64,000 nucleotides of DNA, from the IMG/VR virus record IMGVR_UViG_3300042305_001773, positions 1-64,000 of that record. One strand, given 5' to 3'. The notes beneath the pieces are model-generated. The model made no database searches, was not told the DNA's origin, and saw nothing but the letters and a program-made list of their open reading frames with translations. Each line of letters opens with the position of its first letter. Position 1 is the first letter of the stretch. Shown here piece after piece: positions 10,484 through 20,220 of this stretch. The translations under genes and the position numbers were made by a program.

Positions 10484-12364
10484 TCACGGCTTCCACCCGC
10501 TTGTTGCGCCTGTTACACCGAATTGCTCGCCTTGGGCTAAAGCAGGCACATAACTGCTGCCCGCGGTATCGCTGCTTAAACCGCGCTGTACGCTGTTCAT
10601 AAGCCCCTTTTCTTGATACGAACCCAGCATGCGGGTCATCCAATCCGGGTCGTTTGAGATGTTTGCCATGCCGCGCACCATTTCGGGCTGGAACGGCGGC
10701 GGTTCTTTGTGGGCCTGAATTGTTTTTACGCCGTATTTGTTTAAGTTTGTCAGCACGTTTTTACCGATCTTTGTGCCAATTGAATAGTGCAGTACCGGCT
10801 TTTCGAGGTAATGCCCTGTTAAAGTGCTGGGCGCGGCCGATACACTTCCTTCGCGCGGCGTCCAATTACGCTCAATAGTCGAATACGGCACCACGTCATC
10901 TGGTACGTAATCACCGTACTCGTCGGTAAGGCGTACGTGATTTACAAGACCGCGCGCTAACAGCTCGATGTTGCGGCGATGGGCCGTAATACCGCTGTTA
11001 CCCATGACTTGCCGCATGGCCTGCACGAAGTAACGACGGCCTTCGCCTACGCCCTTGTGCCTGACAATTTCTGCCGGATTTGGCATACCCTCTGATATAA
11101 CGTCACCAGCTTCAAGCTCATCGCCCTTTTTGACCGAAAGATTTCTCTCTGTCGGAACATAGTGGTCCTGACCGTTAATCTGCACATAGTGGCCGCCCTG
11201 CGGAGCCGGACGAACTTCCTGTACCCGGCCGTCGAGCTGCGCGTGCACGGCGCCGTCTGGATATTTTTTCGGGACCTGTACAAGCGCGTTGAGCGCTTTA
11301 AAACCAGAAATCGCTCCTGCGCCGCCGACACCGCCAGAATGCTTCGAGCTGATCTGGCTTTGCGTGACTGGTTCCGACAGCGCTTGTGCTGCCGCGATAC
11401 CCACATAATCTCCAATAGGCGGTAAACGCCCTTTTTCCCTGTAACCGACGTCTTTCGCATAAACTCCACCGTCTCCCGGACCGCCGACAATCGGGCTGCG
11501 GACTAAGATATCTTTGGCGCCGCTTTCTTTCAGATCCCGCAGAATCTTTGGCGTCAGCATCGTATTGCGCTTGTACGGCCCGACGGCTCGCGCAAGAAAC
11601 GCGCCTTCGTTATCGGGATCGTCTACGTCGGTCGGGTAGCCGCGCTCTTCTGCCGCCATACGCCGTTCTTCGTCCGTGTCGTCATCATCGTCAGCTGTCA
11701 CAAGCAGGCGGTGCGTCATCTGCGCCAGTTGTTTACCGTAGAAACCGGCGTCAGCTGTAGCCGTCTTGAGGTCGATAACGCCTTTGCGTGTACCGAACGC
11801 GCCGGCGAAATACTCCACCGGGCGCAAACCTTGACTGTAGCCGCGCAGCACCGGAATTGGAATCGGGTCGCCGCGGTGGTCGAGATACTGCATGTCGGCG
11901 CCGAGGATTGAATTCAGCTGAAACTTATTACCGACACCCGACCCGGCAATCTGATGCGCTAAAGGGTTATCTTGGCCCTCAGCTTCCTTGTATACCTTGT
12001 CGAGCAGTTCTTGTTGCGCCGTCTGCGCCAATTCAAGCAGTTTGATATTGCGCTGTTTTTCGTCAAGCCGTTTGTCAGCAAAGATGTCGCGCATCTGACT
12101 CTGTACGCGCAGCTGAACATGCCGCGCGGCCAAAGTCGGCCGAATATCTTTTAACCCAAAAGACAGGCCGTTCGTTGTATATCCGGCGTCACGACCGATA
12201 TCGTGAAGTCGTTTCATAACTTCGCGATATTTTTCTGGGTGATTCTTCGCCAGATCGGTGGCGACGTTTGACATAGTTTTTTTGGTCAATACGCGATCGT
12301 AATCGCGCATCTCTGGCGGCAACGCTTCGTTAATCAGAAGTTGTCCGAGCGTTGTCTTCAGCAT
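10484..12364 (-). CDS. rpoC: RNA polymerase beta' C-terminal subunit
   Basis: Bridge helix (GTRKGVIDLKTATADAGFYGKQL), trigger loop (GIAAAQALSEPVTQSQISSKHSGG), HRRNIELL. Confidence 0.92.
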   Translation of the reverse strand: MLKTTLGQLLINEALPPEMRDYDRVLTKKTMSNVATDLAKNHPEKYREVMKRLHDIGRDAGYTTNGLSFGLKDIRPTLAARHVQLRVQSQMRDIFADKRLDEKQRNIKLLELAQTAQQELLDKVYKEAEGQDNPLAHQIAGSGVGNKFQLNSILGADMQYLDHRGDPIPIPVLRGYSQGLRPVEYFAGAFGTRKGVIDLKTATADAGFYGKQLAQMTHRLLVTADDDDDTDEERRMAAEERGYPTDVDDPDNEGAFLARAVGPYKRNTMLTPKILRDLKESGAKDILVRSPIVGGPGDGGVYAKDVGYREKGRLPPIGDYVGIAAAQALSEPVTQSQISSKHSGGVGGAGAISGFKALNALVQVPKKYPDGAVHAQLDGRVQEVRPAPQGGHYVQINGQDHYVPTERNLSVKKGDELEAGDVISEGMPNPAEIVRHKGVGEGRRYFVQAMRQVMGNSGITAHRRNIELLARGLVNHVRLTDEYGDYVPDDVVPYSTIERNWTPREGSVSAAPSTLTGHYLEKPVLHYSIGTKIGKNVLTNLNKYGVKTIQAHKEPPPFQPEMVRGMANISNDPDWMTRMLGSYQEKGLMNSVQRGLSSDTAGSSYVPALAQGEQFGVTGATSGWKP

Positions 12365-12365
12365 G

Positions 12366-12605
12366 TCACGGCGTCCACATTATTTTTTGCATCGACTTCG
12401 GTTGAAACTCTGACACAACAACCGTTTTGTCGACACCCAGTGCGCGCAGCAGCGAGTGAAATTCTTTTTCGCCGACTGTTGAATAAACAATGGCTTCGTC
12501 AACCTGAATAGCGACAAACAGCGGATTGCCGAGATCGTCTTCGACAATCACGCTGTGTGCTTTTTTTTCAGTCGGCTGCAGACTGTGTTGCGTTTTAACC
12601 AGCAT
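12366..12605 (-). CDS. Hypothetical protein
   Basis: 79 aa, tightly packed. Confidence 0.55.
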   Translation of the reverse strand: MLVKTQHSLQPTEKKAHSVIVEDDLGNPLFVAIQVDEAIVYSTVGEKEFHSLLRALGVDKTVVVSEFQPKSMQKIMWTP

Positions 12606-13323
12606 TGTCCGCTATGCTCCGAATCATGGCGGCGATAGCGTTTGCTTTGATCTGCATTTGCGTCGGCGCATTCGGATTGGAGTAGCCGGGGCCAAAGGGG
12701 CGCCCTATCGAAGAAGCCGACTTTTCGGGGCGGTCCCACCACGCGGCTTTCGACGGGTCGCCTTCCGGCGGCGCGGCATTCGGCGGCATCGGTCCGCCCG
12801 GAGGCATCGGGCCGCCGGGTGGTTGCATGCCACCTTGCGCGTTCGGGTCCTGCGGCGGCGGGGCCATCGGGCCGCCCGGAAGAGCTGTTTCGGCCGGTGG
12901 GGCGCCCGTCGTACCCGGCGGTAGCACCAACGACTCTGGCGGTACCTGAACGCCCATCGCGTTCATGATGGCCGTAAGCTGCTGCTGCATGTTGTACAGC
13001 CGATAATCGAGCATTTGCATCATCTGCTCCGGCTTGAGCTTTTGCTGCGCGCCGGCAGGAGCTGCGCCCGGAGCGGCGGGTGCGGCGGGCGCTGCGGGAG
13101 GTGCAGCGGGAGGCGCCATTCCCATAGCCGCAGGATCCGCTGGCGGTGCGGCTGCTGCAGCAACAGCAGACGGATCGGCCGGCGGCACAGCCCCCATGGC
13201 GGCTGGGTCAACCGGCGGAGCACCACCAGCAGCAGCGGGATCCACCGCCGCTCCGGGCACTAATGCGGATTTCTCAAAACGCGCCTTCGCCAGCGCAATA
13301 AGCTCGGGGTTTACCGTAAACAT
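12595..13323 (-). CDS. Pro/Ala-rich putative virion protein
   Basis: PADPAAMG-like repeats; EKSA twice; GGAGG RBS. Confidence 0.55.
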   Translation of the reverse strand: MFTVNPELIALAKARFEKSALVPGAAVDPAAAGGAPPVDPAAMGAVPPADPSAVAAAAAPPADPAAMGMAPPAAPPAAPAAPAAPGAAPAGAQQKLKPEQMMQMLDYRLYNMQQQLTAIMNAMGVQVPPESLVLPPGTTGAPPAETALPGGPMAPPPQDPNAQGGMQPPGGPMPPGGPMPPNAAPPEGDPSKAAWWDRPEKSASSIGRPFGPGYSNPNAPTQMQIKANAIAAMIRSIADNAG

Positions 13324-13343
13324 ACAACCTCCATGTTTAACAC

Positions 13344-16300
13344 TTACGTATTATCTTCCACAATATGCACCGGGGTGTCCACCTCTATTTCGCCGCGTCG
13401 GTATGCCTGTACGGCATCCTGCTTGCTACGAAACACGCGGGGTTTGGCTTTTTTACTGATCCGACTGGACGCCAAGTATAACCCAGTCTGGTAGTCTTTG
13501 TTCGGAACGTAGTGCGCGCGAAAGGTAGACGCAGCAAACAAATTTTTGCTCGGCAGCATCTTTTCAACGGCTTCTTTCGCGGCGTCTTCTGTACTTGGGA
13601 CGTGATACTGCATCGCGTCTCCGTCGAAGTCGGCGCCAAACCCCTTGGTGATCACGGGGTTTACTTCCATAACTTTGTTCTTCGTCAGCTTAGGGTAAAA
13701 CGCCATCATGCCGTAACGGTGTAAAACAGGCGCGCGATTAATAACAATCGGTCGCGACGACATCTGACGGTCAAGCTCGGCGAACGCTTCTTTATTCTTA
13801 TCTTCAACCGCCTGCATCGCCTGCATGCGCGGGAGGCCCCGACGGACGAGGCCGCGGACGACAAACGGTTTGTAAATGTCCCACGCTTTCTCTTCCGGTA
13901 GCGCAACCTCGTCCATATCCAGATCGGGGTTTGGTGTGATGACAGCGCGGCCGACGAGATCTACCGTCGAGCTAAGCAGTTTGCGCTGAACGGTGCCGTA
14001 CTTTGGCGAGTTACCGAACACGTGCCGCAGGAAACCTTTGACATTACGCTCGACGTTCTTGGGCTGCTGCGGCTCGCCTAACCCGGTAACAGCCTTCATT
14101 GAGTCGTACACACTTAGCCGCTCGTCGCCGTAATCAGTTAGCGCGCCAGATGCTTCTTTCAGCGTGTCGTTGGCGTCGAGCAGTTCTTTGTACAAATAGT
14201 TAGCATCAGCTACGAGCGGGAGCTTTTTACTTCCCATTGTGCTCACGGGACGGAAGAGCGGCGGCAAGACTGGTACTTTACTGATCATCCAGTCTTTAGG
14301 GTGCACGCCGGTTGTTTCAGCACTCTTCAAAAAACCCAGCCGGCGCACGGCAGCGTCGCGTAGCGTCTTGCGCCCGGACTTGATATCTAAACGAGCCTGC
14401 TCAATTGCCTTCGGTAAGTTAATTCTTTCGAGCGCGGCTTTGATCGCTGTCGGGCCGGTTTTATCGCCCAGCTGCTCTCGGCCGGCCAGCACACCGCGGA
14501 ACTGCTTCTCGGTCAGGCCAAGCACACGGCGAATCGGGTCTTCCATGACGGGGTTAGGCAGCGGCTCGTGCAACGTGATCTTGCTCCACCGATTACCGCC
14601 GTGACCGCCTGTTAATGTCTCGTCAAACAGCCCGCCTGCAATAGGCTTGAGCCGCCCTTTCCAGTCCACGGTCTCGGAACTCTTTAGCTCGCGCGCGCCT
14701 GCCAGCTCGTCGACGTCTTTGTCGGTCATCGCCATCAAGTTTGAGCGCGTACCCTTGCGCACAACGTTGATACCCGACGCCTTGAGTTGGGTGACAAACT
14801 TCTCGTAAACGTGCGGTACTTTAGGCAGCGGCGGCGTATATCCGGCCATGAACTGCGACCAGTATTCGGGGTTAGCTTGGCCGCGCACCATCTTGGCATC
14901 GCGAATAACCTTGCCGGCACCGTGTGACAGTAACGCGCCCAGATCCAACATGCCGATGCGCTTGGCGCCTTCGCTGCCACCTTTTGCTGGTGTACCTTCG
15001 GCGGTATACGCGCCCATCGACCGGCCTTGCGCCTTTGACTCGCTGGTGTGGTGCAACTTCATGAAGAACCGGTTGCCAGTGAGGACGCCGCCGATTTTAC
15101 GTCCAGTTTCTGGATCGATAACGTCTTCGGTATCTGACAGGCCGTGCGCTGCTAATTCTTTCTGCGCAAACTCAATCAGGTCGCGTTTGTTATCAAAGTC
15201 CTTGAGCTTGTACGGTTTGCCAGTCTTTGCCGCAACTTTACCCAGCGCAGCCTCGATAACTTGCGTCGGGTTAATGCGGCTGATCAGACCCAGCGGCGAG
15301 ACAAGAACTTCAAACGGGTTACCATCGCGATCCTTGGGCATCTGGTCGTCAGGTACGATCTCGGCAACGACGCCCTTATCACCGAAGCGCCCCGTGAGCT
15401 TATCGCCGACGTCCATGGGTGCTTGGTTCTTCACTACAACGCTCACACCCTTCTTGGTGTGCATAACGTCGGTCACGATACCGGGGGCATGATGCTCCCA
15501 CGTGATTGTCTCGTTGGTGAAGTTACCGGCACGCCCACGATGCACTTTGCCGTACACCGTGTCTTTCTTCTTTGCCACAAGCACAAGTGGATCACCAAAC
15601 TTAACCTCAGTGCCCTTTTTGATGGCGCCGTCGTCGTCAAAGTTGTCGAGATACTTTTTGTCGTACTCAGTCGGGAACAAACTCACGAACGCCTTCTTGC
15701 CAACGTGAGTGTTGTCGTCCCACTCGGCTTCGTGCTGATACATGTGCTCAGACGTCAGCCGCTTGGATGCAGATTCAGAAATAACTACCGCGTCTTCGTA
15801 GTTCTTGCCGCGAAACGGCAGATACGCCGTACGTAGATTAAGCCCTAGCGCGGCGCTGCCGTTTTGGTCAGTAAAGTTTGACCGCGCCAGCAGCTGTCCG
15901 GGTTCGACTGTGTCACCCGGTTTCACAAGCGGCGTCTGGTGTAAAAACGTTTTACGGTTGTACGGCATTTCGTTGTACAGATCGATCGTCTTCTTGTTAC
16001 CATCTTTGTCGCGCAGCACGATACCGTCAGGTGTCACGTCCACTACTTGTGCCCGCTCAGTAGCCCGTGTGGCGCCCAGCTTCTCGCCCATCTCGTCTTC
16101 GTGCGACACGCTTTCGTCGTCAGCCTTGGCAGACTGCAACAGCGGCGCCTCGGCGTTTACGAGCGGAAGCGCCTGCGTAAACATTCGGCTACCCATGATC
16201 ACGCGATGACCTTTGATCATGGATTTAATCGGCACCATGTTTGTGAGCGCCGAAAACGTCGTGTCCATGTTGGGCAGACTGAACTGCGCTTCTTTTTTCG

Positions 16301-17747
16301 GCACGTATTTCAGCTTGCCGTTTACGAGCGCGGCTACAACAGGCAGGTTGTTATCTTCTTCGCCCGGAAATACTAGCGGTGTGTCGGCCAGCTCTTGTGG
16401 TGTCTTGTACACCTTCTCGCCGGTTTTCATATCTATAACCGGCGTATACACCTTGCCGTCGGAGCCCTTCATGGCGCCGCGAGCAAACCGCATGTCGACA
16501 CCCACTTTTCCAGACTCGGGCGTGCGAAGGTAGTCGATAAACCCAAGGTGGCTGGGCTGCACAGAACGCGACTCAGCGGGCACGGCGTCGAGCGAACCGA
16601 TGCCGCCCTCACCCATGCGCGTTACACGGGTCTGGTGGTCAAAGATCTCAGCCGGGTTGATTTCTTCAAGACTCGACCCCAAACCGCTGCCAATAAGCGC
16701 AGCTGAGATTGCCTTGTCGAATACACCCGACGGAATGTGATCAATTGACTTCTTCGCCGTGGCTTTCCAGAGTAGCTTGTTAAGAGACTGCCGGTCTTTG
16801 GTAAACCGCTCGGCAATGAGGTCTTCCGGGCCGACGACGGACTGATACACCATGTTGTCTCGGTCGTCGCTCTCGGCCTCGCGGCGATTCACTGCGATTA
16901 ATTTCTTAGTGATCGCCAGAATCGTCTCCGGCGTCATGTTCTTGTATTCAGAACCCAGTGTGCGCCGGGTGACTTCCGGGTCGAGTTCGGTCTTGGCAAA
17001 CTCGGCCGCGATCGCCTGCGCTTTGGCAATGGCGTCTGCGCCCGCGACTGGTTTATTTACAAGCCGGGCGTAAATTTTATCCAGCGTACCCGCATCGCCC
17101 TTCTCCATGTTGACCGCGGTGATCTCGTTGCCCCATGCTTTGCGAATGTCCTGATCCGACACGCCCATAGATTTGAGCAGCGGCATGAGCGGGATCTGCG
17201 CCTGCCCGATGCTGATCTTAAACACGCCAGTCTTGGGGTCGAGGAAGTACCGGTGCGAGCGACCCTTACCCGGAAGCGTGTTTACATGCGCCTCGATTTC
17301 GCCGTTGTCTTTTTCGCGGGTAAACACGCCGGGACGCAACCGCATTTGGTGCGCAAGGGTGTACTCCACACCGCCGTTCACAAACGTGCCAGAGTCGGTG
17401 AGGTACGGCACGTGAGCGATCGTGGCGCGGCGCTGGCCTACAGGCTGGCCGGTTTTGTTATCTGTAAGCGTCCACGTACCTTGCAATCGCCGGGCGAGTG
17501 TCCCTCTAGAAAGGACAGCTTTCTTTTGATCTGCCCTCGTGAAACGTTCAGGTCCTGTGTACCCGACGTCTTGAAGCTGCAGCGTATACAGGTCGTTCTG
17601 CAGCGGCTTGAGACTCTGCGCGCTGTTCAGCGCCTGATTGAAAATGTTATCGCGCATCATGCCAACATCGCCGAATGTGCGCATTGTGGGCGCAACGGGC
17701 GCGGGCATCATCGACGACTTTAGCTCGGGCAGCTCGGGGGCTGGCAT
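13344..17747 (-). CDS. rpoB: RNA polymerase beta fused to beta' N-terminal half
   Basis: beta motifs RTPESGKVG, NYEDAVVIS, GDKLTGRFGDKGVV, MKLHH; beta' motifs VPVLPPLFRP, NRAPVLHR and catalytic GADFDGDAM. Confidence 0.95.
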   Translation of the reverse strand: MPAPELPELKSSMMPAPVAPTMRTFGDVGMMRDNIFNQALNSAQSLKPLQNDLYTLQLQDVGYTGPERFTRADQKKAVLSRGTLARRLQGTWTLTDNKTGQPVGQRRATIAHVPYLTDSGTFVNGGVEYTLAHQMRLRPGVFTREKDNGEIEAHVNTLPGKGRSHRYFLDPKTGVFKISIGQAQIPLMPLLKSMGVSDQDIRKAWGNEITAVNMEKGDAGTLDKIYARLVNKPVAGADAIAKAQAIAAEFAKTELDPEVTRRTLGSEYKNMTPETILAITKKLIAVNRREAESDDRDNMVYQSVVGPEDLIAERFTKDRQSLNKLLWKATAKKSIDHIPSGVFDKAISAALIGSGLGSSLEEINPAEIFDHQTRVTRMGEGGIGSLDAVPAESRSVQPSHLGFIDYLRTPESGKVGVDMRFARGAMKGSDGKVYTPVIDMKTGEKVYKTPQELADTPLVFPGEEDNNLPVVAALVNGKLKYVPKKEAQFSLPNMDTTFSALTNMVPIKSMIKGHRVIMGSRMFTQALPLVNAEAPLLQSAKADDESVSHEDEMGEKLGATRATERAQVVDVTPDGIVLRDKDGNKKTIDLYNEMPYNRKTFLHQTPLVKPGDTVEPGQLLARSNFTDQNGSAALGLNLRTAYLPFRGKNYEDAVVISESASKRLTSEHMYQHEAEWDDNTHVGKKAFVSLFPTEYDKKYLDNFDDDGAIKKGTEVKFGDPLVLVAKKKDTVYGKVHRGRAGNFTNETITWEHHAPGIVTDVMHTKKGVSVVVKNQAPMDVGDKLTGRFGDKGVVAEIVPDDQMPKDRDGNPFEVLVSPLGLISRINPTQVIEAALGKVAAKTGKPYKLKDFDNKRDLIEFAQKELAAHGLSDTEDVIDPETGRKIGGVLTGNRFFMKLHHTSESKAQGRSMGAYTAEGTPAKGGSEGAKRIGMLDLGALLSHGAGKVIRDAKMVRGQANPEYWSQFMAGYTPPLPKVPHVYEKFVTQLKASGINVVRKGTRSNLMAMTDKDVDELAGARELKSSETVDWKGRLKPIAGGLFDETLTGGHGGNRWSKITLHEPLPNPVMEDPIRRVLGLTEKQFRGVLAGREQLGDKTGPTAIKAALERINLPKAIEQARLDIKSGRKTLRDAAVRRLGFLKSAETTGVHPKDWMISKVPVLPPLFRPVSTMGSKKLPLVADANYLYKELLDANDTLKEASGALTDYGDERLSVYDSMKAVTGLGEPQQPKNVERNVKGFLRHVFGNSPKYGTVQRKLLSSTVDLVGRAVITPNPDLDMDEVALPEEKAWDIYKPFVVRGLVRRGLPRMQAMQAVEDKNKEAFAELDRQMSSRPIVINRAPVLHRYGMMAFYPKLTKNKVMEVNPVITKGFGADFDGDAMQYHVPSTEDAAKEAVEKMLPSKNLFAASTFRAHYVPNKDYQTGLYLASSRISKKAKPRVFRSKQDAVQAYRRGEIEVDTPVHIVEDNT

Positions 17748-17750
17748 GGA

Positions 17751-18611
17751 TCACCCCGCCTGCGATTGCTCAACTTGCTTCTTCAACGCGATGATTTCGT
17801 CGGGGTCTACGTATGTCGGCAAAATACCGGAAATACGGGCCTTCGACTTCGCGGCCTCTTCGACTGCCTTTGCGCGAGAACGCTCGCGAGCGCGGTCATA
17901 CATGAGTTTTGCTGCCAACCCGCCCAAACCGAGCCCAGCTCCGACGTACGCGCCGCCAACAGTAGCCGGCACACGCTTTGCAACGTCGTACGCGCCGGTA
18001 ATCCAATCGAGCAGCGCTGTTTTTTCTGCCGCCGCTTTTTCACTGGCGGTATCGTAAACACTGTCGAGCTGCTTGGCGCCGCCGCCGGTCAGCGCGTCGT
18101 AATATTCTTTTTCGGCTTCGGCAATGGCTGCTTGCTGGTCGCGGCGTTTCTTCCGTTTGTGCATCGCGTCGATCAGTTTGTAACCGCCGTACAGTCCCAG
18201 CGCGCCAGCGCCAACAGTCGCGCCGGTTCCAAACGACGACCGAATCACGTTAGGGTCGTACGAGTTTGGTTTCTTCGGGGCCGCGTCGGGTGTAAACGGG
18301 CGCAAAAAGCTCAAGACAGAATCGGGCAGCGCTTTACCAACGCCTTCCGCCACGGTGTCGTACATCCCGGCGGCTTTCGTTTCAGTAACCTTTGGCAGCT
18401 CTTCCTCGTCTTCTTCTTTGTACTTTGGCTGGTTTAACGCCTGAGACAGCCCGCGGGCCAGATAATAAAGACTAGCGGCGCCAGCACCAAGACCAAGCCC
18501 GCCAAGGCCAGTACGCATAATACGATCGCCCCAAAAACGCTGGTAGTCTTGGGCGGTAGGTTTGCCAACAGGGGCAGCGGGTGGGATGGCATTGTTTGCT
18601 AGTTTTTCCAT
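17751..18611 (-). CDS. Gly-rich putative ejection/membrane protein
   Basis: Three Gly-rich hydrophobic segments; MEKLA, TKAA, EKAA and EKTA motifs. Confidence 0.5.
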   Translation of the reverse strand: MEKLANNAIPPAAPVGKPTAQDYQRFWGDRIMRTGLGGLGLGAGAASLYYLARGLSQALNQPKYKEEDEEELPKVTETKAAGMYDTVAEGVGKALPDSVLSFLRPFTPDAAPKKPNSYDPNVIRSSFGTGATVGAGALGLYGGYKLIDAMHKRKKRRDQQAAIAEAEKEYYDALTGGGAKQLDSVYDTASEKAAAEKTALLDWITGAYDVAKRVPATVGGAYVGAGLGLGGLAAKLMYDRARERSRAKAVEEAAKSKARISGILPTYVDPDEIIALKKQVEQSQAG

Positions 18612-18623
18612 TGGTCACGCTCA

Positions 18624-18971
18624 CTAGTGTTTGGGCGGGATCATGCCATAAACCTGTGCCCACTCAAGCCAGACACGAAAATGCTTATGCTCGTCGTCCC
18701 AGTTGTCGGTTCTTTTTAATAGCCGATACCAGCCGTTGACTATCTTATCATTTATGTCATCAAATTCTGATTTTTGCGCCGGATCCCACAGTTCAAACAT
18801 GTGCGATTTAAAGTCATACTGGATATCAATGTTTTCCAGTTCATCTTGCTTTAAATCTGGCCGTTGACCGCTTCCCAGCACCGGAAACCCGTCGAGTGTT
18901 CCGGGCCAGTTTAACTGGGCGTTGTTGTGCTGCGGACCGCCAATTTCGCCGTGATATTTTCGCAGGCTCAC
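18624..18971 (-). CDS. Hypothetical protein
   Basis: 115 aa operonic ORF. Confidence 0.55.
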   Translation of the reverse strand: MSLRKYHGEIGGPQHNNAQLNWPGTLDGFPVLGSGQRPDLKQDELENIDIQYDFKSHMFELWDPAQKSEFDDINDKIVNGWYRLLKRTDNWDDEHKHFRVWLEWAQVYGMIPPKH

Positions 18972-18974
18972 AGA

Positions 18975-19334
18975 TTACCTTTCTGGCCGGTAGAGACGTA
19001 ACTTCCTGTTTGTCTTGGCGCGGGCCGCGTACGCTTTGTAAGCAGCAGCCAATTCGCGGGCTTTCAGGTCTTCCTCGTCCACGTCGGGCTCCGTCATCTT
19101 GCCGGCAAGATGCCCGGCTAGGCCACCGCCAACCGTGGCTAGCATGAGCGGCGCGTACGCGACGTTACCGAGAGCCTGCCAAGAATCGGACATCGTTGGC
19201 AGCTGGAGCGCGGCGCCCTTTACAAAAGCCTCAGCCGCTTTGATGCGCGACTCCAGCGCAAGACCTGTCAATTGTTCTTCTGCGCAACGCTGAAGAAACC
19301 CCAGCTTGAACGCTTCTTTTTCCGTGACATCCAT
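18975..19334 (-). CDS. Small Gly-rich putative virion protein
   Basis: AFKLGF leader, VKGA, Gly-rich segment. Confidence 0.5.
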   Translation of the reverse strand: MDVTEKEAFKLGFLQRCAEEQLTGLALESRIKAAEAFVKGAALQLPTMSDSWQALGNVAYAPLMLATVGGGLAGHLAGKMTEPDVDEEDLKARELAAAYKAYAARAKTNRKLRLYRPER

Positions 19335-19335
19335 G

Positions 19336-19827
19336 TCAGAAATCTCCGGGCAAAATAAGTTTTTTGGTTGGCGCGCCGACGGCAAAGTCGGGTGTTACAT
19401 GCTTGCCGGTATCCTTACCAAGCGGTAACGCGCCCGGCAGCGCTGATGTAAAATTAGCGCCGCTGGCCAAAGATATCTTACTCTTTCTGCCCGGTCGGTG
19501 TCGCCTAAACCACTCGTCTACTACGGGGTCATTCCGGTCGCCCTGCTCTTTTGCTTCGTGCGTGACGGCAACCATGTTTTCAATCGCCTGCTGTAGCTCA
19601 GCCCTGTCGGCCGATAACCACGCGGCTTTTCCGGGGTTTTCCGCTGCCATGTGGCGCAGGCGCTTAGCCTCGTCACTAATGGCCTGCGCCCGCTGTAAAA
19701 ACTCTTTGCGGGTGAGCACAAAGAATTCGCCTGTCTGCTCGTCGTGCAGGCAGATGAAGCCGTTCTTTGCGTAAAACTTCAACCCCCGATACGAATAGCA
19801 TTTACCTGTTGAACCAGCGGCAGACAT
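19336..19827 (-). CDS. Hypothetical protein
   Basis: 163 aa operonic ORF. Confidence 0.55.
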   Translation of the reverse strand: MSAAGSTGKCYSYRGLKFYAKNGFICLHDEQTGEFFVLTRKEFLQRAQAISDEAKRLRHMAAENPGKAAWLSADRAELQQAIENMVAVTHEAKEQGDRNDPVVDEWFRRHRPGRKSKISLASGANFTSALPGALPLGKDTGKHVTPDFAVGAPTKKLILPGDF

Positions 19828-19835
19828 TCAACACC

Positions 19836-20195
19836 TTACTTACGTGGGAGCGGGCAGCCGTTTTCGTCGCAGTCGGTAGATTTTACTGGCGGCAGCGGAT
19901 GGGCCTGCAAACGCATCGACGGCTTGGGGCCGGTGTTTTTCATTTCGCCAGTCGCGGCGCCTGTCTTAGATTCACAGTCCGGGCAGTCAGTCCACGGGTG
20001 ATTACTGTCGCCCGTGGGAATCTTACCGGTACGATTACACCGCGCGCAATCTTTGGTGTCAATAAGAGGTTTTACTGCCGGCGTATCAGGAAGCAGAGCA
20101 GCGTAAGCAACCTCTGCAGCGACCACCCCGACAAAGTCTTTTTTGGGGGGTTCGACATGCGTCACCGGGGCTAGCGCTAAAAGCCATTCGAACAT
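19836..20195 (-). CDS. Zn-finger protein (CxxC..CxxC)
   Basis: CARCNRTGK...CPDC, DnaJ-like Zn repeat. Confidence 0.55.
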   Translation of the reverse strand: MFEWLLALAPVTHVEPPKKDFVGVVAAEVAYAALLPDTPAVKPLIDTKDCARCNRTGKIPTGDSNHPWTDCPDCESKTGAATGEMKNTGPKPSMRLQAHPLPPVKSTDCDENGCPLPRK

Positions 20196-20220
20196 GGGGT
20201 CACCTATTAAAGTTTACCAA

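Noticed and set aside
12364-13344. Intron or split intein explaining the beta' split
   Set aside because: No intein termini (C/S...HN) or intron core visible; both halves have normal starts and stops, and ordinary ORFs lie between them.
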